Origin: an uncultured delta proteobacterium
GTDB taxonomy: Bacteria > Myxococcota > Myxococcia > Myxococcales > Myxococcaceae
Reading direction: 5' to 3'
Length of the DNA stretch: 64,000 nucleotides
NCBI GenBank assembly: GCA_963771175.1
Contig: CAVYSY010000003.1
Location: 64,001 to 128,000, forward strand
The notes under the pieces were generated by a model, which saw only the letters and a list, made by a program, of their open reading frames with translations, did not search any database and was not told the DNA's origin. Position numbers and translations under genes: made by a program. Shown here piece after piece: positions 20,222 through 30,446 of the stretch; position 1 is the first letter of the stretch, and each line of letters begins with the position of its first letter.

Positions 20222-21977
20222 TCACACCTCGCGTCCCGCTCGGACGAAGGCCAGCGCGCTCTTCGCCATCTCCATCGCCAGCCCCACCATCCCCACCTTC
20301 CTCGGGGCCGTCAGCTCGCCCGCGAGGTAGCGCCGCAGCGCCTCGCTCCGGCGCAGCTTCCCGCTCGAGGTGCGCGGCAGCGTCCCCGGCTCCAGCACCT
20401 TCACCGTGTGCGCTCGCACGCCCGTGCCCGCCACCACCGCCTCGCGCACCCGCTCCTCCAGGCCGGCCACCTCCACGCCCGGCGCGTGCTCGACGAGCAG
20501 CAGCAGCGCCTCGTCGTGCTCCCCTTCCGGCGTGAAGCCCAGCGCCACCGCGCAGCCCGTGCGCAGGCCCTCCACTCCCTCCAGGCACTCCTCGAACTCC
20601 TGGGGCGCGTGGTTGGCGCCGCGGATGATGACCAGGTCCTTCGCGCGGCCCGTGAGGAACAGCTCGCCGCCCGCCTCGAAGCCCAGGTCCCCCGTGTCCA
20701 GCCAGCCCTCGGCGTCCAGCGCGCGCTCCGTCGCCTCCAGGTGGCCGAAGTAGCCCGCCATCACCGAGGGCCCTCGCGCGAACACCCGCCCCACCCGCCG
20801 CTCCGGCAACACGTGGCCCAACTCGTCGCGCACCTCCACCTCGCAACCGGGCACCGGGCGCCCCACGGACACCACCTCGCGCGAGCCGTCCACCACCCGC
20901 CGCTCCGTGGCCAGCACCCGCGCGTCCACGCCCAGCGCGCGCGGCCCCCGGCCCGCCGGAGGAAAGGTGACGGCCAGCGAGGCCTCGGACAGCCCATACA
21001 CCGGCCGCAGCGCACCCGCCTGGAAGCCCCAGCGGGAGAAGCGCTCGGAGAAGCGACGCAGCGTCTCCACCGCCACCGGCTCCGCGCCGTTGAGCGCGTG
21101 CTTCCAGCAAGAGAGGTCCACGCCCTCCAGCTCCGCGTCCTTCACCCGCTTGAGGCACAGCCCGTAGGCGAAGTTGGGCGCGGGCGAGACGAAGCCCCGG
21201 TGCCGCGACAGCGCGCGCAGCCACAGCGCCGGGCGCGCGAGGAACACCTCGGGGGGAATCAGCACCATGCGGCCCGGGTAGTACACCGCCGACAGCAGGC
21301 AGCCGATGAGCCCCATGTCGTGGTACAGCGGCAGCCAGCACACGCCCACCGGCACCGGGTCCGTCGGCGGTGGCAGCTCCGCCTCCAGCGCCGCCAGTTG
21401 CGCCATCAGGTGCTCATGGCGCAGCGCCACCGGCTTCGGCTCCACCGTCGAGCCCGAGGAGAACTGGATGAGGGCGAGCGCCTCGGGCCGCACGGGCACC
21501 TCCACGTCCCCCTCCCCGCGAGACACCTCCTCCACCGTGTGGCAGCCGAGCCTCGGGCGCGCCGCCGCCACGGACTCGCCCAGCAGCAGGCGCACCTTGC
21601 CATCGGTGAGCACCACCGCCGCGCCCGACACCTCCAACATGCGGGCCGTGGCGCGGTGGTACTCCTCCAGCCGCCCCAGTCGCACCGGCGGGTAGAGCGG
21701 CACCGGCACCGCGCCCGCCAGCAGCGCGCCGAAGAAGGCATCCATGAAGTCCGGCGAGGTGGGCAGCAGCACCGCCACGCGCTCCCCGGGCCCCACCCCC
21801 AGGCGCGCGCAGGCCGGCGGCGGTGCGGCGGGCGCGGGCGTACACCTCGGCCCACGACAGGGACGTCTCCCGCTCGGCCGCGTCCACGAAGACGAGCCCC
21901 AGCGGCGTGCGCGCCGCGGCGGCGAGCGCCTCGGGGACGGTGGCGTGCTTCACCGCGGGCAGCACCGGCCCCTTCAT
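20222..21977 (-). CDS. Fatty acyl-AMP ligase (copy 2, FtpD-like; frameshift near 21800)
   Basis: QFSSGST, WLPLYHDMGLIG, YGLSE, WLDTGDLG, GRAKD, PRTSSGKL. Confidence 0.9.
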
Positions 21978-22255
21978 GACGCGCCTCCGGAGCAGGAAGC
22001 GTGAGGCTCCTGGAGGGTCCGCGCCGCCACCAGGCGCATCAGGTCCCCCACGGTGCTCACCCCCACCGAGTCCTCCACCGACAGGCAGATGTGGAAGCGG
22101 TTCTCCAGCTCCACCGCCAGCACCGTCAGCCCCAGGCTGTCGAGCTGCAGCTCCCTCATCAGGTGCTGTGCGGGCTCCACCGGCCCCTTCCAGTCCAGCT
22201 CCTGGGAGAGGATGCGACGTATCTCGGAGAGGACGACCAGCTCGTTGTCAGCCAC
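21974..22255 (-). CDS. Acyl carrier protein (FtpC-like)
   Basis: LQLDSLGLTVLAVELENRF, TVGDL; GTG start with GGAGG RBS. Confidence 0.88.
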   Translation of the reverse strand: MADNELVVLSEIRRILSQELDWKGPVEPAQHLMRELQLDSLGLTVLAVELENRFHICLSVEDSVGVSTVGDLMRLVAARTLQEPHASCSGGAS

Positions 22256-22288
22256 GGAGCACCTCCTGAAAGTCGTGGGGCGGGCGAC

Positions 22289-23375
22289 TCACCATCGCAG
22301 CAGCACCAGCTCGGCGCAGAAGCCCGGTCCCAGGGCCATCATCACGCCCCAGTCCCCGGGCTCGGCCTTGCCGGACTCCAACATGTCCCCCAGCACGAAG
22401 AGCACCGAGGCCGAGGACAGGTTGCCCACCTCGCGCAACGAGGCCCACGAGTGCTCCAGCATGTCCGGCGCCAGCTCCAGCGCCTCCTCGAAGGCCTGCA
22501 ACACCTTGGGGCCGCCGGTGTGCGCCACCCAGTGCTTCACGTCCTCGCGCGTGAGGCCGTGCTCGGCGAGGAAGCCGTCCACGTCCCGGCGGATGAACTC
22601 GCGCACGAGCTGCGGCACCTTCGCGGACAGCACCACCTTGAAGCCCGAGTCCACCACGTCCCAGCCCATGACGCGCTCGGTGTCCGGGTAGAGCACCGAG
22701 CGCGTGGCGACAATCCGCGGGCCGGACGAGGCCCCCGCCCGCTCGGCGCCCTGGAGCACCACGCACGCCGCGCCGTCCCCGAAGAGGCCCGAGGCGATGA
22801 TGTTGGGGATGGAGAGGTCCTCGCGCTGCAGCGTCAGCGAGCACAGCTCCACGGCGACGAGCAGCGCCGTCTGGTCCTTCCAGTACCGCAGGTAGTCCGA
22901 GGCCCGCGCCGTGCCCGCCGCGCCCGCCACGCACCCCAGCCCGAAGATGGGCGTGCGCTTCATGTCCGGCCGCATGCCCAGCCGGTTCATCAGCCGCGCG
23001 TCGATGCTCGGCGTGGCGATGCCCGTCACCGTGACGAAGTAGACATGGTCCACGTCCCGCGGGGACGAGCCCCGTCTTGTCCAGCGCCCGCCGCACCACC
23101 TGCGCGCCCAGCTCCAACGCCACTTGAATCCAGGCGTCATTGCGTTGCTGGAACGTGACGAGCGAGAGGTAGTGCTCGATGGGCAGCGCGAGGAAGCGCC
23201 CCTCCACCTTGACCGAGCGGTGCAGTTCCTCCAGCCGCTCGATGTTGAAGTGCCGGGTGGCCCACAGGTCTCGGAGGGCTCCGATGATCTGCTCCTGCGG
23301 GACGTAATGCGGAGGGAGCAGACGCTCCACCGCGCGGATGACGGGGGAAGAGTCCTGGTGGGCTGCGGAATTCAT
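22289..23375 (-). CDS. Type III polyketide synthase (copy 2, FtpA-like; frameshift near 23070)
   Basis: FGLGCVAGA, ELCSLT, LFGDGAA, AHTGGPKVL, VGNLSSAS, ALGPGFCAE. Confidence 0.92.
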
Positions 23376-23786
23376 CGGCGCCGTCCCTGATGGATGGTGG
23401 GAACGACGGTTAATCACCCGCCCGCGGCCGTGCGACCCGTGGGGAAGAGATTGACCGCGCCACGTCACTCCCCCATCGCCCACCTGATGGCTGGCCGACA
23501 TCTCGCGGCGAGTGCCACGCGGCCAGTGCCGGCTCGACAACAGGGCCGCACGCGCGGCCGAGGGCGGAGCGCGGACGCGGGCTCCCGGGTGGGCATCAAG
23601 CTGCCCCCGATGCCGGCGCTGGCGCTCACCGACGACGTGGCCGCGCGGGTGTATGGGAAGACGGAGGTGGGCGGACTTGGGCAGACATTTTCCACATGCG
23701 GGATAGATGAGAGGAACGCATCCGTCACCGGGTGGACTCCCGGGCCATGAACGTGGAGGGCACGCGGGTTGCTGAAGGGGCTCGGC

Positions 23787-24431
23787 ATGAAACGCGCCTT
23801 GCTGCTGTGTGCCCTCGTCGGTGGCCTCCTCCTCGGCTCGGAGGCCGAGGCCGCGCGCCGCGCCTCACCGGGGCGAAGCGCTCGGGCCTCCCTGTCACTC
23901 GCGAACCGGGCCGCGGCCCGCGCCTCCCTCTGGGTGGGGCTCCCCTCGCTGAAGCGAGTGAGTCGCTCGGTGAACGACGACTGCTCGGGGCTGGCCAACC
24001 TCGCCTATCGCAAGCCGGGCCTCAACCTGCTGCCCGAGCGCCCCCTCCCGGGAGAGGGCGGAGTCACCGCCATCCACCGCAAGGCGAGGAGCCTCGGCGC
24101 GCTGCGCAGCCGGCCACGCCCGGGAGACCTGGTCTTCTTCCGGGAGACGTATGACCGCAATCGCGATGGGCGGCGCAACGACGGGCTCACGCACATCGGC
24201 GTGGTGGAGCGCGTGGAGTCGGACGGCACGGTGACGTTCGTGCACCGCGCGGGTGGAGGCGTGAAGCGCTCGAAGCTGAACCTGCACCAGCCGAGCCTCC
24301 GCCGGGACGCGGAGGGCCGGGTGCTCAACGACTACCTGCGCCGCCCCGAGAAGGTGGCGCGGCCCCGGCTGGCCGGGGAGCTGCTCGTGGGTTTCGCCGC
24401 CGTGGACACGCGCTGGTTCACAGCGCTTTGA
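23787..24431 (+). CDS. CHAP/NlpC-P60 family cell-wall hydrolase
   Basis: Signal peptide; DCSG, PGDLVFF, THIGVV catalytic motifs. Confidence 0.82.
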   Translation: MKRALLLCALVGGLLLGSEAEAARRASPGRSARASLSLANRAAARASLWVGLPSLKRVSRSVNDDCSGLANLAYRKPGLNLLPERPLPGEGGVTAIHRKARSLGALRSRPRPGDLVFFRETYDRNRDGRRNDGLTHIGVVERVESDGTVTFVHRAGGGVKRSKLNLHQPSLRRDAEGRVLNDYLRRPEKVARPRLAGELLVGFAAVDTRWFTAL

Positions 24432-24503
24432 CAGGCGCCTCGTCGGACAGCTGGCCTCGGGAGTCGTGGACGCGTGGGCCCGACTGCGCTTCACTTCGCG
24501 GCG

Positions 24504-24881
24504 ATGACACCCCACGAAGCAGAGAAGGCCCTGGCGGAAACGGAAGTGGTGCCGTGCGTGGAGATGCCTCTCGCGGACGCCCGGAAGCTGGTGGAGGCGT
24601 GCCTCGCCGAAGGCGTGCCCGCGCTCGTCCACCGCGAGGCGTGCAGCAAGCCCTCGTGCTCCCCGAAGTTCCAGGTGCTCGTGCGTCCCGAGGACACCTC
24701 CCGGGTCGCGGGCCTTCTCCACCAGGGCTGGATGGACAGCCTCCACCGCGAGGGACTCGTCCCGGCTCAGCAGGCTCCGCAGGCGATGTCCGAGGACGGC
24801 GAGCCCCCGTGCCCCGCGTGCGGCACCGCCGCGCCCCTCGTCCAGGGAGCGTGCAGCGACTGCGGCCTGCAACTGGAGTGA
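24504..24881 (+). CDS. Hypothetical protein with C-terminal zinc ribbon
   Basis: CPACG...CSDCG motif plus an internal CSKPSC. Confidence 0.65.
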   Translation: MTPHEAEKALAETEVVPCVEMPLADARKLVEACLAEGVPALVHREACSKPSCSPKFQVLVRPEDTSRVAGLLHQGWMDSLHREGLVPAQQAPQAMSEDGEPPCPACGTAAPLVQGACSDCGLQLE

Positions 24882-24903
24882 GCCGGCCGCTCGCGGGCCG
24901 TGG

Positions 24904-25791
24904 CTACTGGCTGCTGGAGGAGGGCGGCGTCACCGGCGGCGGGCGCTGCACCACCTTGGCGGAGGGCGCCGTCACGGGCTCGAGCAGGGAGAGGTCGGCC
25001 ACCACCGGGTAGTGGTCGGACGCGCGCACGCGCAGCACCCGGCTGCTCTTCGGCATGAATTGGTCACTCGCCATCACATAGTCGATGCGCAGGTTGGGGA
25101 TGATGGGCAGCGGATAGGTGTCCGAGGCCCCCTGGCCGCGCAGGGCGAACACGTCCATCAGCTCGCGCCGGAAGAGCCGCACGGAGCGCGAGTCGGGCGT
25201 GTCATTCATGTCGCCCATCAGCAGCTTGGGCCGCGGGTCCTTCTCCATCAGCGCCATGATGGCCGCGCTCTGGCGTACGCGGACCGCGCTGTTGAAGGGG
25301 CGCCGGGTGAGGTGGGTGACGTAGACGCTCACCTCCTGCCCGTTCACCTTCATGAGGACGCGGGCCACGGTGCGCGGCTCGGCACCCGCCTCCACGGGCA
25401 GCGGGTGCTGCTCCACGGACACCAGCGGGAAGCGCGAGATGAGCCCCACACCGTAGTCACCGCCGTGCATGCCGGTGGTTCGGAAGTGGGCGTGATAGGG
25501 CAGCCCCGTGCGCTGGGCCAGCACCGCGGGCTGATCCAACCCATCGGCGCGCCGCGTGCGGACGTCGACCTCCTGGAGGGCGACGATGTCGGGCGCAACC
25601 GAGCGAATGGTCTCGGCCACCTTGTCCAACCCGTGGCGGCCGGACTGGATGTTGAAGGTCATCACCCGGAGGTCTCCCTCGACACGCGAGGCCGAGGGCT
25701 CCGAAGCCGCGTTGGCCCGGAGGGAGGGAGTTGATGCACACGCGACGGAGGTCGCGAGGAACAGGCCGGCGAGGAGTCGGACGAGGTGCAT
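24904..25791 (-). CDS. Endonuclease/exonuclease/phosphatase (EEP) family lipoprotein
   Basis: VMTFNI, ALQEVD, THL, GDMN, RIDYV, SDH motifs; SVAC lipobox-like signal. Confidence 0.88.
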   Translation of the reverse strand: MHLVRLLAGLFLATSVACASTPSLRANAASEPSASRVEGDLRVMTFNIQSGRHGLDKVAETIRSVAPDIVALQEVDVRTRRADGLDQPAVLAQRTGLPYHAHFRTTGMHGGDYGVGLISRFPLVSVEQHPLPVEAGAEPRTVARVLMKVNGQEVSVYVTHLTRRPFNSAVRVRQSAAIMALMEKDPRPKLLMGDMNDTPDSRSVRLFRRELMDVFALRGQGASDTYPLPIIPNLRIDYVMASDQFMPKSSRVLRVRASDHYPVVADLSLLEPVTAPSAKVVQRPPPVTPPSSSSQ

Positions 25792-25886
25792 GAAGAGGAG
25801 ATCCATGATGGCACCACTCAGCACGACCGTCCCACCACCCCTCCCGAGCCAGCCCGGAGAGCAACCGGGCAGCCGACGTGGAGAGG

Positions 25887-27227
25887 TCAGCAGCGGTGCC
25901 GCTCGGCCTCGCGGTAGAGCTGAGTGAGGGAGTAGTCCAGGAGCGACTGGCGGGAGCGCATGTAATGTTGGGCCCGAGCAAAGGGTAGCCAGACGCGAGT
26001 GCCCACGAGCACCTGCGCTTCCTCGAGCTTCTGGCGCGGAATCCACTGTCCACCCAGGTTGCGCACCAGCACCTCGCCCAGGTACGCGCCCACCGCGGGC
26101 ACCGCGTGCGCGTCGATGGCTTCTCGCAGGCGGCTCTTCGGGAACTCCTCGCGCCAGAAGTAGAAGTCGGCGTCCGTGAGCGACTCGGGGGTCTCCTTGA
26201 AGACCGAGGGCACCTCGGTGTGCAGCAGCGCCACGAGGCGCTCGGAGAGGTAGCCGTAATGCTCGAGCGCGCGCGCCGGGTCCTCCACGTCGGAAGGCAG
26301 CGCGGCGTCGGCGGGGAGCCACTCCTCGGGCTCGGGCGGCCGCCACGCGTTGAACTCGGCGATCTTCCGCTGGCGCTCGCTGATGGCGACCCGGTCCACC
26401 ACGCGCGAGAGGAGCGGCGCCAGCTCCGGGGGAAAGCGGGGCTCCACGGGGGCGAGCGCGGCACTGCGCTCGCGCAGGGTGCGCAGCACGGTGTCGAAGT
26501 CGAGGTCCGGCCGGAGGTGGGCGTGCGCGCGGGCCTGGGCCACTCGCGCCTCGTCGCTGGCGAAGTCCGCCGCCGTGGGCCACGTCACCAGGAGGACGGA
26601 GCCGGTGGGTAATTCCTCCACCCGCCAGGCCGGCGTGGACAGCATGCGCTCGCGGCCGACGAGCTCCACCAGCTTCGGACCGAAGACGTTGAGCCAGGAC
26701 AGCTCGTAGATTTTGTCGAAACCGTTTCGAATCGCGGTCTGCATATCGCGGCCGAACCAGGGAGCGCCCGACAACTGGTCCTCAGCCAGGCTGTTGGCCT
26801 CAGCGTGGGTGACCGGATAGTGGGAGGCCCAGGCGCGCACCATGTCCACGAATTCGCGGCAGCGCTCCGCACTCGAAAAGCAGGAGAGCGGCTGGACAGA
26901 GAGCCCCATGCGCAATTTGGGAGGGAGCGGCGGGAAATAGAGACTGAGCGACATGTCCAACGCGGGCCACTTCGTGCGGTAGAGCCCGAGGCCCGTGCTG
27001 TTCTCATCTCGCCGCTCCGCCAGCCCCTTCCAGAAGGAAGGGCGGGAGTATTTGCGTTGGCGCTTGCCCTGGATGACATCCGGCATCCACTCGCCCGAGA
27101 ACTCCTCGAGTGCCTGCAGGAAGGGCTCCAGCTCGCGTTCCAGCGGGGCTCGTTGGTCGAAGGTCCCTTTGAAGGAGAAGGTGAGACTGTCCTCCGGCTT
27201 CAAGTCATGAAATTCCAGCACCTTCAT
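25887..27227 (-). CDS. Hypothetical cytoplasmic protein, candidate immunity protein
   Basis: ATG overlaps the stop of the upstream toxin-like gene. No signal peptide. WLNVFGP...VEELPTGSVLLV resembles the tails of known immunity families. Confidence 0.55.
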   Translation of the reverse strand: MKVLEFHDLKPEDSLTFSFKGTFDQRAPLERELEPFLQALEEFSGEWMPDVIQGKRQRKYSRPSFWKGLAERRDENSTGLGLYRTKWPALDMSLSLYFPPLPPKLRMGLSVQPLSCFSSAERCREFVDMVRAWASHYPVTHAEANSLAEDQLSGAPWFGRDMQTAIRNGFDKIYELSWLNVFGPKLVELVGRERMLSTPAWRVEELPTGSVLLVTWPTAADFASDEARVAQARAHAHLRPDLDFDTVLRTLRERSAALAPVEPRFPPELAPLLSRVVDRVAISERQRKIAEFNAWRPPEPEEWLPADAALPSDVEDPARALEHYGYLSERLVALLHTEVPSVFKETPESLTDADFYFWREEFPKSRLREAIDAHAVPAVGAYLGEVLVRNLGGQWIPRQKLEEAQVLVGTRVWLPFARAQHYMRSRQSLLDYSLTQLYREAERHRC

Positions 27228-29461
27228 TGGAACAGCACCTCCACCCCCTGGACCTTGTTCTGAGCTTCTTCCAATGCCGCAGCCAACGTGGCTGGCTTTC
27301 TGGGCTTGAGTTCACCGCCTTCGTAGATGAGGCGGACCCTGTGAACCAGCACCTGCTTGTCGAGAAGTTCCAGAGTGGGCCGACGGATGTTCAGCGTCTC
27401 GCCGTAATACCGCAGAGCCTCGCGCGCGTCCGCCTTCACCTGTGCCTTCAAGGGACCTTCCTTCAGCAACGAGAGGTCTCGGCTCTTGAAGCTGAACGTC
27501 TCCACGCGAGGGAGCGGGCCGGAGAGCGAGCCCTCCTCGATGATGAGCACATCCGCGAAGCGCAGGCCGGTGCCAGGTTTCTTCACGCCCACATACGTCT
27601 CGATGCGCGGGTTGTCGAAGTCTCCCAAGAAGCGGCGCTGCGCCTTGGGAAGGGCCGCATCCGCGCGCAGCAGCTCCACCATGGCGCGCTCGAAGGCCAG
27701 CCCTCGGGCGAATTGCCCGCGCATTGGTTCGTAGCCCGCCCATGATAGGGGCGGCTTCACCACCTTGCCTTGCTTCAGCTCGGCGAGTCGGCTCTCCCAA
27801 TAGGCAACGTACTCACGCCAGAGCGGGTGACCCTGAGCACCCAGCGGAGGGACGTCGAGGGAAGGGCGTTGTTTCTCCAGCACCGCCACGTTCCCGGACA
27901 GGCGCGGGCCCCCGGAGTCGAGCTCCACCTGCAACAGCTTGGCCTCCACCACCTCCGGGGTCAGGCCCGCCGGCTCGTCCACCAGGGTGGACACGGCACC
28001 GGGGTGCTTCCCGGCACCACGCAGCTTCGCGGTGGGCCCCGCCTGCTGGGGCCTTGCTCGTGACAGCCACACCTGCGCCTTCGCCACATCGCCCCGGGCT
28101 TCGTAGAGGGCCACGGCGGCATCCGGTCCCCCCACGGACACGAGGCGGCCCGCCTCCCGGTTGGCCTGGATGTACCGGGCCAGCTCGTCCAGGGCCTCCC
28201 CACCCAGCCGCGCTTCCAAGTGCGTCACCACCTCCGTCAGCTTCGAGCGCAGCTCCGGTAGTTGGAGTCGCCGCACGCCGCCCGTCCCGGCGCCCGGGGC
28301 CACCCACGTGCCGCCCGCGTACAGGGCCACCAGCAGCGCCGCGGGCGTCAGCTCGCGGGCCGCCTGCTCGTACTGGCCTCGGGACAGGGAGTGCACCCCC
28401 CGGCCCGTCCCGACCGCCAGATGGTAGAAGCCCAGCGGTACGCCGAACGTCAGCGTGTCGAAACTCCCCAGCGCCACGTTGCCCGGCGAGAAGGACCGCA
28501 AGCGCTCCACCCGCTCCACCTCGTCGAGGGCCTGCTGGTAGGGAGGCGGCAGGTGCCCTCGCTGCGCGGAGAACTTCGTGGCCCGGGCATTCCTGGCCTC
28601 ATGGGGAGTGAAGGCTTCGCCCAGGGCCGTCACCACTCCGCGGGCCCCGTCCTCGAGCGGGCGCTCGGGGCGGTCCTCATACGCCTCGAGGTTCAGCCCC
28701 CGCCGCGCCAACGCCTCGCGGGCGGCGCCCATCTTCCCCAACGTCTCCCCCAGCCGCCTGTCCCCGGCCAGCAACCGCAGCACCGCTCCCAGCTCGTCGC
28801 CAAAGGCCGAGTGGATGAGGAAGAGGGCGAACACCTCGCCCTCGGCGGGGCCACGCTCGCGGGTGACCTGGACGAGGAAGGAGGCCCGCTTGCGATTGAG
28901 GACTTCGGCGGCGTCTTCACGCACGGGCCCCAGTGCGCCGAGCCGGACGGCGGACCAGTCGTCCAACGCTTCCACCAGCCGGGGCATGTCCACCCCTTGC
29001 TGCACCTCGACGAACTCCGAGGGTGAGCACGCCAGCACTGGGGCGAGCAGCTCCTCATCGCTGGAGGACAGGTCGGGCCAGCCTGGGGGCACGGCCACGC
29101 CTCCGCAGGAGAGAGGAGCCACCGGTGAGCCCTCTCCCCTGCCCTCCCAGGGCGCCTCCGCCAGTTCCTCGTTCTCGACGACGACGAGGAGCGGAGCTGT
29201 CTCGAGCGGCGTCCCGCCCAAGCGAGCGGTGTCCGCATCCTGCCCGGGGAAGCCGCCCGCCCCTCCCGCCGTCTCCGCCCAAGCGGCGTCCGGCTGTCGA
29301 GAGCCGGAGCGGAACGAGTCGGGCCGGGAGTGGAGGCCAAAGCCGCTCGTCAGACTCCCGCGTGGGGAGCCTGTCGCGCAGCCTCCGAGGAGCATCAGCG
29401 CGGCCAGGGCCAGCGGAAACGAGCCGAGCCGCCACCCGGTCCCACGGACAGGGATTTTCAC
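27224..29461 (-). CDS. Lipoprotein with C-terminal PD-(D/E)xK-like nuclease domain; candidate polymorphic toxin
   Basis: LMLLGGCATG lipobox; C-terminal AFERAM...RFADVLIIE...ETFSFKSR; followed by a coupled cytoplasmic ORF. Confidence 0.6.
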   Translation of the reverse strand: MKIPVRGTGWRLGSFPLALAALMLLGGCATGSPRGSLTSGFGLHSRPDSFRSGSRQPDAAWAETAGGAGGFPGQDADTARLGGTPLETAPLLVVVENEELAEAPWEGRGEGSPVAPLSCGGVAVPPGWPDLSSSDEELLAPVLACSPSEFVEVQQGVDMPRLVEALDDWSAVRLGALGPVREDAAEVLNRKRASFLVQVTRERGPAEGEVFALFLIHSAFGDELGAVLRLLAGDRRLGETLGKMGAAREALARRGLNLEAYEDRPERPLEDGARGVVTALGEAFTPHEARNARATKFSAQRGHLPPPYQQALDEVERVERLRSFSPGNVALGSFDTLTFGVPLGFYHLAVGTGRGVHSLSRGQYEQAARELTPAALLVALYAGGTWVAPGAGTGGVRRLQLPELRSKLTEVVTHLEARLGGEALDELARYIQANREAGRLVSVGGPDAAVALYEARGDVAKAQVWLSRARPQQAGPTAKLRGAGKHPGAVSTLVDEPAGLTPEVVEAKLLQVELDSGGPRLSGNVAVLEKQRPSLDVPPLGAQGHPLWREYVAYWESRLAELKQGKVVKPPLSWAGYEPMRGQFARGLAFERAMVELLRADAALPKAQRRFLGDFDNPRIETYVGVKKPGTGLRFADVLIIEEGSLSGPLPRVETFSFKSRDLSLLKEGPLKAQVKADAREALRYYGETLNIRRPTLELLDKQVLVHRVRLIYEGGELKPRKPATLAAALEEAQNKVQGVEVLFQ

Positions 29462-29590
29462 GCCGGGCCCGCGCGCCGCAGCAGCAGGCACGCCTCGTCG
29501 CGCAGTTGGGCGAGCGCGTGCCGCACCGTGGCCCAGACGAGGTTGGTCAGGCGCCGGGGCTCGAAGCCGGGAGCGCGCGGCGCCGAGCGC

Positions 29591-30265
29591 CTAGAGCCAC
29601 GCGAAGGCATCGCGCATCGCCTCCCGGCCCCCGCGCTCCACCACCTGGCCATGACACGGCACCACCCGCTCGAAGTCCCACTGGAGGACGCGGTCCCTCC
29701 AGGCGCGCAGCGCGGCCCGGTCCTTCACCATGGACTTCACCAGCTTCGTGGCCCCGAGCCGTCCATACACCCCGCTCCACTTCAGGTACGTGCGCGTCAG
29801 CCACGAGGGCGAGTCGTGGATGTTGAAGGCCAGGTCCGTGAGCAGCAGCGTGCGGCTGGGGCGGTGCAGGAAGACGAACTCCTCCAGCTTGGGAATGCCG
29901 TGCGCCAGGAGCTGCTCGAGGGTGGGCGACTGGCCCACGTCCATCACGTCCGACAGCTCCACGTCGATGCGCAGGTCCGGCCGCTTCTCGCGCAGCCCCG
30001 CGGGCGCGAGCACCTTCGCCGACGGGTACGCGGCGGCCCAGTCCCCGAGCGACAGGTGGTGCATGGTGTTGGGCGCCACCAGGAAGCGCACCGGCCCCAC
30101 CGCGTCCACCGCGCTCCTCACGGCCGCGTCCAGCTTCACCGGCGAGTGCAGCCACAGGCCCCCCTCCGGCAGGCGCACCACCGTCATCCTCCCGCCCAGG
30201 TCCATGCCGGCGAGGCGGAAGGGGACATCCAGGACGAAGAGGTCATCCGTCAGGGGACGCAACAT
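29591..30265 (-). CDS. DUF4336-like (metallo-beta-lactamase-like fold) protein
   Basis: RMTVVRL, LWLHSP, VAPNTMHH, EFVFLHRPSRTLLLTD, PCHG motifs. Confidence 0.78.
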   Translation of the reverse strand: MLRPLTDDLFVLDVPFRLAGMDLGGRMTVVRLPEGGLWLHSPVKLDAAVRSAVDAVGPVRFLVAPNTMHHLSLGDWAAAYPSAKVLAPAGLREKRPDLRIDVELSDVMDVGQSPTLEQLLAHGIPKLEEFVFLHRPSRTLLLTDLAFNIHDSPSWLTRTYLKWSGVYGRLGATKLVKSMVKDRAALRAWRDRVLQWDFERVVPCHGQVVERGGREAMRDAFAWL

Positions 30266-30446
30266 GGCGGGGTTCCTCCGTTTTCAACCCACACACAAAA
30301 AACCAACCCTTGGTCAGAAATCTTGCCAGCACTCTTCCTCGGAGGGTGGTTCTCCTTGCTCCCAGATAGGCTTGGATTCCATAGTTGACAGGGTTGCTAC
30401 CGCAACCGCCGCGCAGCACCGCCCCGAGTGGCTCAGGAGAATCGCC

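Noticed and set aside
23394..23750. Possible gene remnant or ncRNA in the ~400-bp gap between PKS 2 and the CHAP gene
   Set aside because: A short coding-like stretch (PMPALALTDDVAARVYGKTEVG) is present, but no family, RBS or RNA motif could be assigned.
29730..30446. N-terminal part of the 309-aa ORF that ends in the RiPP precursor
   Set aside because: Largely antisense to the DUF4336-like gene; the real start is the ATG at 30447 with an AGGAGA RBS.
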